64,000 nucleotides of DNA from Haliotis rufescens (lineage: Eukaryota), in assembly GCF_023055435.1 (NCBI RefSeq), contig NW_025964371.1, positions 310,001 to 374,000 of the forward strand. Reading direction: 5' to 3'. Shown here in pieces: positions 12,422-23,600 of this stretch. A program made the position numbers and the translations under genes. Each line of letters starts with the position of its first letter. The first letter of the stretch is position 1. The notes below the pieces were generated by a model. The model was not told the DNA's origin and ran no database searches. It saw nothing but the letters and a program-made list of their open reading frames with translations.

Positions 12422-14510
12422 TTAAAATAAAATAATCTTACATGGAAAGTTGGTATTGGCAAAGTGCTCCCGGTATCTGAGTGCAGCTACTGGTGGAGCA
12501 GTCACTGCTTGAGCTCCATTCTGCCCATCAAGCCTGCCAAGTCCATCATGCCCATCAGTGGTTGAAACTGGGATATGTCTGTCCTTGCATATGTTGTGTA
12601 GGACAGCACATGCTATTATCACCTAAAATATGAAATCATTAATGATAAATTAACATCATTACACTTAACATTTAGGCTTTTACATGGCCTCAGTTGAACA
12701 TACAAATGTTTATGTAAATAACGAATAAGTTCATACAACCCCATCATTTCCTGATCATCTCCACATGCACATTAACAATTCTATACTTCAAATATTTATG
12801 AATTTTCCCTTATCTGCTCCTAGTTATTACCAATCTACAACTGCCCTGTTATTGCCTTAAATATAAAACTGTATATATATTCACTTGATTTAGATACAAG
12901 TCAATCTGAACAAGTTCATGTCCATGTACAAACTTTAATAGACGATGAGCCACTGCATTGTTTTCATATTCTCAATGGCATTTGTTAACATAAATTCAAA
13001 CAACCATGTTTGAAATAATTATGTAACTCAATAAAATCTTGTTGCTTTTTTCAATCATTGCTTTCCTCTCTAGGAATTGTTATTTTATATATTTATTGTC
13101 ATTTAGCTTTGTTACATTTTTGTTCTGTTGAACTTATTTGTGTGGCAAATAAATAGTGCACACAAATTAACATTTGTTGATCATAATTTTTACCTTACAA
13201 GCCTTCTCAGGTTTTAACCTGATTTCCCCATGGAGAACAGGAAATCTGCGTTTCAGTTGACCAATGGCCCTTTCTACTATGCTCCTGGTTCTTTTGTGTG
13301 ACCTGAAAAAAACATAACATATCAGAGTGTAACCTGTAACATTAATCTTCAACAGGGTTTAAGAAATATATATTTATCTTTTTATTGATAAATGTCACTT
13401 GTTGAAGAAATAATTTTGATCATGTGAAAACAATAATTTACACTTTGGATTATGTAGGAAATTCATACTGGTAATGTTTAAAAAAAATATTCCTAATTAC
13501 CACAAATATTCAGCATGTTTACCAAAACAGCACATAATTACTTGCACATTTAGAACAACTAACAAAGACATAATAATAGATTTTGAAATAAAAACATATG
13601 GTTATGGTGTGAATAATATTCCGTATTTTTTTAAGAATGTTTTTGTATTTGCTTCGATTATCCAGACCAAATATTGCGTTTGTGCAATGGGCAAATATGT
13701 AATCGAGGTATATACAAGGGACATCACTCTAAGTTGTTAAATACGATCGGCAACGTAACACGAAACTTTACATACCTGTTGTAGTTTGTTTGTGGTCCCG
13801 GCAATGGTCTTAGGAAAGGGGTAAGCAGCCACTTCTTGCAGGGATAACCACTGTCACCGAGGAAGTGACATCCGATGGGGAGAACATTGCGCTCGAAAAG
13901 CTGGTAGAGCCCGCTGTTTGTCAACATGCGTGAATCGTGTGTCGATCCCGGCCACCGAGCAACAACGTCAATGACTCTGTCGTCGCTGTCAAAAGCGATC
14001 TGCGTATTTATGCTGTGATAGTGATGTCGGTTTACGAATTCAATTTCCTTTCACTGTTGGTGCCTGGATTTGTACGTGGGTTCCATCGATCACCCCGACA
14101 ACTCCGGAAAAGTTCGCAATATGATAAAAGTTTGTTTGGTGACGCCTAATGTCCCCGAGTTGCAGGGGGAAGCGGACAAACTGTTTCACAATCCTTTCAG
14201 ATGACAAACTGGTGATACACTGATTTACAACTCTGGAAATGGTGGGCTGGGTGACACCTTGATCATCTGCATTACACAACTGAAACTTTCCCGTTGCAAA
14301 GTACCTTAATGGGATCAGCGTCTTTTGTATCTCGTCAAGTGCGTGGTTACGGTTGGTTGCAGGCTCCACGTCAGCTGCTATTAAATTAGCTACGTACCTA
14401 ATGCCATTTCCATCTAAACGGTATCGCCGTATCAACTCCTCATCGTTGTATTCAACAAGACTTTGTCTTCTTTGATGAAACGAACGACGACCTAGTGGTA
14501 CGGCAGCCAT
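12422..14510 (-). pseudogene. Harbinger H1 DDE transposase (HARBI1-like), single frameshift
   Basis: Exons 14510-13776, 13302-13194 and 12622-12442/12422. Motifs LRYFATG, GVIDGTHV, HDSRM, LGDSGYP, VERAIGQLKRRF, IIACAVLHN. One extra A near 14050 breaks the frame. Confidence 0.88.
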
Positions 14511-15206
14511 TTTGTTTACTGACTTAAGTCAAACACCTTGTAGTTAAGCCTATCCCTACCCAGTCTTAAGATTTAAGTCAGAAATTGGTAAAACTTAAGC
14601 CTAAGTCGCTTCATGAATATGACTTAAGTAAAATCTTAAAACTTAAGTCAGAAAAGGTAAAAAACTTTGTTTTTTTCAAGACTTAAGTTTTTTTTCAGAC
14701 TTAAGTTCTTTTATGAATACCGCCCCAGGTCTACATGTTAAGATAGTACTAATAGGGACTCCGTCTATGTGTACAATGCGCTGTGTTTGAACCGACTAAA
14801 TGACCTGCCGCATATTTCATTAATCAAAGCTACCTAGTCCAGACTCTTAATAAAGAAAATACGGTATACTCAAAGGCTAATTCTCTGCGATCCTGGGGCC
14901 GTATTTATCAAACAACTTAGTTTTGGCTTTAAAAAAACCTTAAGTTTCTGAAAAATTACTTAGCCAAGTCAAAAACTTAAGTTGGTATTCACGAAGCGTC
15001 TAAGTAAAAAACTTAGCTAAGTCTGCCGTGAGAAACTAAGTCGATTTCACCGAATGCAAACACGTGATCACTAAGGACTATCCCAGCTATTTTTAGCCTA
15101 CCAGTGGAACTCTTTTCACTAAGAGAGAGAAAAACGTCATCGGGGAATTCCCGGACAGCGCAGACGATAATAAACACCGCTGCGAGCTCCAAGATAGGCC
15201 CACGCC

Positions 15207-17498
15207 ATGACCGAAGACGCGAAAAAGAGACGGCCAAACTTTACCAAAGAAGAATCGTTACTACTAGCAGAGCTGGTGGCATCAAACAAGGTGGTGCTTG
15301 AAGGAAAGTTTGGCCCCGGCATCACCTCCTTGAAGCGACAGGAGGCGTGGCAGGTACGTGAGGTAGTGAGTGTTTTTTTACTGTTTTTTTGAGAGGTTTA
15401 GCTGCTTACATCATTAATTTTACATACATATGTAGCAGACAAGGCCGTAATGCGTATCAAGGAATGCATGTGGTCGAATAATAACCAAGACGTTTTCCAA
15501 CCTTCCATCATCACACTTCGTAAGTCCAGTACCACGGGAATGATATATTTTGGTCATATTTACACAATGAGACCCAAACAATTATATTCGTCTTTTTCAA
15601 GTTGCACTGTGGTTTGTTTCTTCATCGGGGTAGGCCTATTGTCTGTACCCCTAACAACTTTTACCCAAAATTTTAGGTGATTTTGAACCCAAACCAGTAG
15701 CCTAGATCTATGTCATTTTGTACTCCTTTTGGGGCATTTGCATTAGCTTCTAAAGTATACATTAGTCCTAGGCCTCATGTTAGTATCCTAAAGTTACATT
15801 ACTATCACTTTCATGTCAAAAGCATACAATTAAGTTAGTTTAACTAATTTAACAATAACTTATTACAGGGTCAAGATGTCATTTCCATATCAAGACCAAT
15901 CAATGTGTTCCTATGCATTAATTAGTAATAAATATATTGTGATGGATCTCATACAACCTCGATCTAGTGCTGCATAGTCATATTATGAACTTGATGAAAT
16001 GTTATATTATGTAATGCACATATACTCTTGTTTACAATATTAATGTAAAACATATATGACAATATACTGAAATATGAATAATATTATTTTCTTAGTAACA
16101 CAGTCCCATATAATTTTTGGTCGAAACAGCTTTGCTAAAACTGGGCTTTGGATACAAAATATGATACATATCGCAATACTCAGTTCATGATACACTATGT
16201 ATCACGATACATAATTCACTTCAATTTTTATATTTCAATGGACATAAAAACTATTAAAAGGCTTAAAACATCATGAATAATTGGTCTCATGTTTAAAAAT
16301 AAAGATATCTCTTTTCAATCAGTACTTTATTTCAGAAATCAATTTGAGTGTAATACCACAAGGACAGAAATTAAGTCTTAAAACTGGGTACAATGTACAG
16401 TGTGCATATAGCATGATTTAATACTGACAAAAATTATTAATGTAATTTGATGTGTTTTTCATTTGAGTTGTTATGTTTATATTGCAGATGATTACAGACA
16501 CCCTTAATGCAAGCTTAATGCACAGGAGGACCAAGGAGGAGGTTGAAAAGAAATGGAAAAACCTGAAGAGCCAGTCAAAGAAAGCCTTTTCTAATTTAAG
16601 GCAGCAAACCATTGCCACTGGTAAACATACTTATGGATACATTAGTTTAGTTATTAAATAGTTTTGATAAAAAAGGTGACCTAAAATGATATAGTTAATG
16701 TGAAAGTGGAAAAAGGATATTGTCATCCCTTCACAGTTATTATTAAGACCTACATTGTAACTTGTTGCTGTATATTAAGAGTATAATTATACCAACACAA
16801 ACCTATCTCAATGTTTGAAGGTCAAAAGAGTACTTGTCTCTATATTGTGTTGGTTTTGTGATAATATGTTTCTAAATACTATAACACCATTCACACTATA
16901 ACCTATACTGCTTCTTGCACTTACAGGAGGCGGTCCACCTCCCATCCCTGTAAGTCCTGTCACAGATGCAGTTGTAGAGGCCATAGGGAGGGACAACATG
17001 TCTTTGACAGGAATATCCAACTCCTGTGATTCGACGGCCCTACAACTGCTTGATGTCATGACATCAAGAGAGAGGTACAAATGACATAAATGTTGATGTT
17101 GATATTGTACTAACATTATTGCATCACTTAGTATTTCATGTTTGTCAGCTTTGTTACATACTCCCCAAAATATATTTATGAAATCAAAATTTAAAGTATA
17201 CTTCTTTAAAGTTCTTTCCCAATGTGTCTGCAACAGGCAGTCAATTTGCAATTATTGACAAGTCTCTGTATAAAAGCAAAACACAAGGCTCCGAATACAC
17301 AAATAATGTATATATATTTCTTTCAGCGGTGAAGTTGAGGACATGGCCAATGTGTTCAACGTGCCAGAGAGGACTTGCCAGTGCCAGAATCAGACTTCTA
17401 TGGAAGCATTAAACAAAGAAAAACTTGTATTAGAAATTGAATGTTTAAAATTAAGAAAAGAGTATCTAACAAAGAAAATTTACAAAGTAGAAGAATAG
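15207..17498 (+). CDS. Harbinger H2 Myb/SANT-like DNA-binding protein (199 aa, 4 exons)
   Basis: Exons 15207-15353, 16488-16620, 16927-17074 and 17327-17498; all GT-AG and phase-compatible (600 nt). KKRRPNFTKEESLLL...KRQEAWQMITDTLNA...RTKEEVEKKWKNLKSQSK...TGGGPP, with a C-terminal coiled-coil-like segment. Confidence 0.9.
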
Positions 17499-17523
17499 AC
17501 TGTAAAGCTCATGTCACGCAAGT

Positions 17524-17713
17524 GGGGACCGACCATTTGATATTTGCTTGGGGGTAGGGGCTAGTATTATATTTTGTATCAAGATTAGATAGATTTTCAG
17601 CTACAGACACAGATATCGCTTTATTTAAAAATATGAGCTAAATGTTTTTAGAAAAACACCTTGCAACAATGTATTTTTCCCACCCGCCCCCGAATATCAA
17701 ATGGGCTGTCCCT
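17524..17713. mobile_element. MITE (same family as 2377-2668) nested between the two H2 genes
   Basis: GGGGACCGACCATTTGATATT ... CCCCCGAATATCAAATGGGCTGTCCCT. Confidence 0.7.
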
Positions 17714-17722
17714 TAGGAAAAT

Positions 17723-19818
17723 TTAAATTAATACTAAGTGCATACTTAGAGTAATAGTAATAGTAGCAGGAAATAACTTACATGGAAAGTAGGTGATTGC
17801 AAACTGTTCCCGATATCTCAACCCTGTTGCTGCAGGTGCAATGGCTGATAGACCTTGCATCTGTGCCCTTAGCTGTCCGGATTGGCTGTTTCCATGTACA
17901 ACTGGCATAGGCACATTCCTGTCTTTGCTGAGGTTATGCAGCACTGCACAGGCAGTTATTACCTAGAAAAATGTTTAAAAAGCCTATTCAATACCCTTTC
18001 ATGAACTGATGTGGCCTTAATCTAATGACAAATATTTCTAGAATGTGTTGAATTTGACAAAGAGTGAAATGTATGGTCTGTATTTCAAATATGTTATACT
18101 ATGTACTGTTTGATCTCAGATATATTTGCCTAATTTTTTCCCTTAAGCTAGATATAAAATAAGTCAAAAGAAAATGAATATTGAACATCAATACAGATAC
18201 AGATTATGAAATTGTGTTGACTTTTTTTACAATAACACATGACAGTGAGTGAGTGAGTGAGTGAGTTTAATGTCATATTGATGAAATGTTACTGTCTTCA
18301 TTGAATAAAAAATTAATGTTCACCGTATTGTGTTTGTTTATTTATCAACCTACAGTATATCTAGTCCTGACAATAATAATGTGAAAAAGAAATAATTCCA
18401 TTAAAGTGTAAGTCTATGAAGACTCTCCATTTTTTACTGAAATTGAATAAAAAGAAATGAAAACATTTTCTAATTTCTATACCTTGCACGCCTTCTGTGG
18501 GGAAAGTCTGATTTCCCCATGTAAAACATGAAACCGACGTTTCAGCTGCCCAATTCCCCTCTCCACACAACTCCTTGTTTTCTTATGTGATCTGACAATT
18601 GCAATGAATAATCATTATTAGCAGATAATCATATAAAATTTAAATTGGGAGTATAAGAAAAAGAAGAACACATTTTGCTATGTTCTCAGCGATAGAAACT
18701 AACATTTTCAATCCATTGGTCATTATAATGACAACATATTGCAAACCCCTTAATATTGCTGTTTCTTGTTATGTGTGTGGTTATATTTCATAGAATCAAT
18801 GCTTCATACTAGTATGTTTTCATACATAAAAGAGAAGTGAGATAAAATGATTAATATTTCTTACTGATGAATACATAATCATACATATTTTTTACCTGAT
18901 TTGCGACTTACATAATTTTACGACACTTAAGTAGGAATTAAACGGAATGATACTGAATAATACTTTACAGCAAATATGTGTAACTCTTCCATTCCGTTTT
19001 TAGGTTTGAGATAGTATTCTACCTAACCAGGGGAAGTCACTCTATTGCTGAGTGCTCGTAGTGAACTGAACGAAGTAATATTTATACCCGTTGTAGTTTG
19101 TCTGTGGTCCTTGGAGAGGACGCAAAAATGGTGTTAGGATCCATCTCCAACAAGGGTAGCCACTGTCTCCAAGCAGATGACAACTTACTGGTAGCCGGTT
19201 CCCCTCAAACATCTGACATAACCCACTTGTTGTCAAAATGCGGGAGTCGTGTGTTGAGCCAGGCCAACGTGCAACGATGTCGATTATATGATCGTCGCTG
19301 TCAAACACTATTTGTGTATTTACACTATGGTAATTATGCCTGTTGACAAATTCTTTCTCATTGACTGATGGGGCCTGAATCTGAATGTGGGTGCCATCAA
19401 TTACCCCAACAATACCCGGGAAATTGGCAGTCTGATAGAAGCGCTGTTGATGGCGTCTTATTTCTTGGGGTTGTACAGGAAAGGTAACAAATCTACGAAG
19501 GATACGGTGACTTGTGAGGGAGTCAAGCGTTTGGAAAATCACCCGAGATATAGTGGGTTGGCTCAGACCATGGTCATCACCGTTACACATTTGAAACTTG
19601 CCAGTGGCAAGATAACGCAAAGTAACAAGCACCTTCGTAACGCAGGACACGGCACAGCTCCGCTGTGTTATAGGACTCAACTCCTGCTCAAGGATATCAC
19701 AGATATAAACAATACTGTTCCTATCAAATCTGTACCGCTGTATCAGTTCATTGTCATCTAATGAATGTAGTATATCTCTTCTCTCATTAAATATTCTTGA
19801 ATTGCGTCTGGCAGCCAT
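17723..19818 (-). CDS. Harbinger H2 DDE transposase (HARBI1-like, about 340-359 aa)
   Basis: Exons 19818-19088, 18591-18483 and 17962-17782 (or read-through to the stop at 17723), in frame. Catalytic motifs GVIDGTHI, LGDSGYP and VERGIG; also WPGSTHDSRI and ACAVLHN. Confidence 0.92.
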
Positions 19819-20613
19819 TTTACATGACTTAAGTCAAACATACATGATTTAAGCCTAGCAAGGTGAGTCTTAATAGTTAAGTCAGAAAATGACAAAACTT
19901 AAGTCTAAGTCTTTTGATAAATATGACTTAAGTTTTTCCACTAAACTTAAGTAAAAAAACAAGAAAACTAAGTTTTTTTAACTGACTTAAGTTTTATTTA
20001 TGACTTAAGTTGTTTGATAAATACGGCCCCTGATCTTTGTGTTCGATATTGGGACTATTTAGATTCACATATGACCAAATATCTAAAGTGTACCGGTATT
20101 TAGAGTTTTACAGGACACCGTCGCATGGCAGGAGTTCTGCCATATGAACATACACTTACGTGTTCACGCAGATTGTGTGAGTGACGGGTACTACTGGTAG
20201 GGCTAGGCATACTTTCCATTGTCGCGAACCTAGTGTCATCACTGATACTCGAGACTGGTTGTTCTCTGGCGTCGACGTTATATATATTTACACAAGTTAC
20301 CGTGAAATGTGATTTTCTTTCCAAAATAGATGTGAATATCAATTTGAAAGGGAAAGACATTTCAAAGCTTGAAGTAGACAACAACGCAGTAAAACAATAT
20401 CAAGCTACCTTCGTCTGTCCTGACAATTGGATTGCTGTGTACACAGTTAAATATGTATGTCACCAAACCGTCATGCAGGTTCGGTTATAACTAGAGCCTT
20501 AAGATCACAGTAACGTTTGACAACAGTATTAACCCCGTGATGTACCTTTTTTAATCAATACAATACTACCCCGTTGTTCCTTTGCAAACAGTGGAGACGC
20601 TACGATAACAAGG

Positions 20614-23600
20614 ATGCACACGGACGACATCATCGAGGCCGTCGAGGGCATGTCCCGCTTCCAGATCCTCATGGTTGTCTTCATATTCGGTCCAAAAATG
20701 CTGATGGCGTGGGGGATGTTGATGATGTCGTTTGCGGGGACTACTCCAGATTGGTGGTGTGTCCCAGCTACAGCGCCCTCTGTTGATGAGACCGACTACA
20801 TGAACAACGTCACATTGAAATTGTGTCCCACCTCAGACAACATAACCTGTCAGATTGTGTACAGCCAGGATAAAAACACTGTCGCCAGCGAGGTAGGTAA
20901 CCTTAATTCAGTCCAACTGCAACCGTGTAACATCTGAGGTGTTGTTGTGAGCCACAGTATGATATGGATGCAAACCAAACTTGCATAGCGAGCCACAGTA
21001 TGAAATGGATGCAACCCACACTTATGTAGCGAGCAACAGTATGATATGGATGCAACCCACACTTATGTAGCGAGCCACAGTATGATAGGGATCAAACCAA
21101 CACTTATGTAACGAGCCATAGTATGATATGGAACCAACCCACACTTATGTAGCGAGCCATAGTATGATATGGATCGAACCAACACTTATGTAGCGAGCCA
21201 TAGTATGATATGGACCCAACCCACACTTATGTAGCGAGCCATAGTATGATATGGATGCAACCCAGACTTATGTATACATCCAGGATATAAATACTGTCGC
21301 CAGCGAGGTAGGTAGCCTTAATTCAGTCAAACTGCAACCGTGTATCATTTGAGGTGTGGTAGCGAGCCACAGTATGATATAGATGCAACCTACACTCGTG
21401 TAGCGAGCCACAGTATGATATAGATGCAACCTACACTCGTGTAGCGAGGCGAGCCACAGTATGATATGGATGAAACCCACACTTATGTAGCGAGCCATAG
21501 TATGATATAGATGCAACCCAAACTTTCTGAGCGAGCCACAGTTTGATATGGGTCCAACTTACACTCGTGTAGCGAGCCATAGTAGGATATGGATCCAACC
21601 TAAACTCGTGTAGCGAGCCACAGTATGAAATAGATGCAACCTACACTCGTGTAGCGAGGCGAGCGACAGTACGATATGGATTCAACCTACACTCGTGTAG
21701 CGAGCCACAGTATGATACAGATGCAACCCACAGTCATAGCGAGCCTCGGTATGCTATAGATACAAGCCACACTTTCGTAGCGAGCCACAGTATGATATGG
21801 ACGCAACCCGCAGTCATGAAGCGAGCCTCGGTATGACATAGATCCACCCCACACTCTTGAAGCAAGTCCTTTCAGCTGTTGGCGATTTTTGACAAATCTA
21901 GCCACGATTTAAAGGAACATATATACTGCAATTAAAAAGGCGGCTGAAATGAATATACTTTGAAAGACATGGTCTTACATATCCTCTCAGGGGGACAATA
22001 ATTTTACACTACTTTAACTCCCTTTGAGGATACAGCCACAAGCAATCTCAGTTATTAATTTTATTCAACCAATTATAAAAAAACACTGATTATGTACAGA
22101 ATATATCATTCAAATTTTATGCAATAATTCAATTTCCTTTAAAAAAACGATGTCTGAATGAGAACTAAGATTAAAAAGATCCTTGAAGAATGAAACTTTG
22201 AAATAGTTATCCCTTGTGGTGGCAAAATTAATACAGTCAAGCAGGACATGCTTGACTGTGATTCTTTCATCGCAAGAGTTGCAAAACGGAGGATCGTCAC
22301 CTTTCAACAAATACTCGTGTGTATATCTCCTATGGCCAATACATCGTCGCATAATGACCTCTTCAAATCTGGACTGATAGCCCAAGTAGGTATAACCGAT
22401 AATTGGTTTAATTTCATTTAATTTTTTTATACCTACTTGGGTGTCCCACTTCTTCTGCATGAGATCCCTTATGTAACATCTAATAACAGGTTTATAATCA
22501 CTGTATGGTATCAGAAGTGGTGTCACAGATTTGTTGAGAGCTGCTTTTGCATCGGGCATCAGCAATTGTGTTACCAATGATTCCAACATGGCTTGGTAAC
22601 CAACAAAAAACAATGTCATATTGGCCAGTAGCAAGATCATTATACAATTCAATAATTGTGATTAAAATCGGATGCGTACCAGATAGATTGGTAATAGCTT
22701 GAAGGCAAGAGAGTGAGTCTGAAAATATAATGAATTGTTTGTGTTTTGATTGGTTATTGAAATATTCTAATGCTGTGAAAATGGCCTTTTCTTCGGCCGT
22801 AAAAATGGAACAGTTATCAGGTATTCGGTTTGATATAGTCCTGGATCCAATGACAGTGGCGCTGGCAACAGCGTCACCATCCTTGGATCCATCTGTAAAT
22901 AAAGATTTGTAGGTATTGTATGAGGATCGTAGTTGATCATATTCTTGCATAACATTAGTTGATTTGTTTCAGATTTTTTTTTATAATTAGTGAGATACAG
23001 GTCTACTTCAGGCCTCACTAGTTGCCAAGGGGGAGTAGACAAAAGACGGCATGGGGATATTAAGTCTACGTCAATATTTGCATCTGCAATGTGAGACTTG
23101 ATCCAAATGCCAAGTGGCGGTACAAGTTTTGGTTTGTTGTGAAACAGATCCTCATTAAGAGGATGGAAGACGCAGTTATAAGCTGGATTTGATGGGTTTG
23201 TACGCAATTTAGTTATATACTGAAGGGATAATTTTAGTCGGCGTTGTGCAAGTGAAGGCTCATCGTCCTCCACATGCAGACTATCTACAGGAGAGGTTCT
23301 AAATGCCCCAAGACAGAGCCGCAGTCTTTGATGATGTATGCTATCTAATTTCTCTAAATTACTTTAAGCAGCTCCACCATATACATTTGAACCATAATCT
23401 AGGTTAAATCTAATAAGGGATCTGTACAGGCGAAGTAAGGTTGACTGATGCCCACCCCACTTAGTATTTGCAACAACATTAAGTAGATCAAGAGCCTTCA
23501 AGCATTTAGTTATAAGCAATTAAATATGAGGTACAAACGTCAAGTGGCGATAAATAAGACCCAAGAACTTGGTCTCCTCAACAACCTTGATGGGGGCACC

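Larger units (their letters stand above)
9741..14725. mobile_element. PIF/Harbinger DNA transposon H1 (full-length, degenerate)
   Basis: TIR GGGCGGTATTCATAAA / TTTATGAATACCGCCC. 3-bp TSD CAG at 9738-9740 and 14726-14728. Convergent SANT/Myb-like and DDE transposase genes. ACTTAAGT subterminal arrays. Confidence 0.95.
14896..20029. mobile_element. PIF/Harbinger DNA transposon H2 (apparently intact, autonomous)
   Basis: Perfect 24-bp TIR GGGCCGTATTTATCAAACAACTTA. TSD CTG at 14893-14895 and 20030-20032. Both genes open. Empty site TGCGATC-ATG-ATCTTTGT at about 36870-36887 in the paralogous segment. Confidence 0.97.

Noticed and set aside
15207-19818. Domesticated host HARBI1 or MSANTD/NAIF1 genes
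   Set aside because: Both genes lie within perfect TIRs with a TSD, and an empty paralogous site exists.
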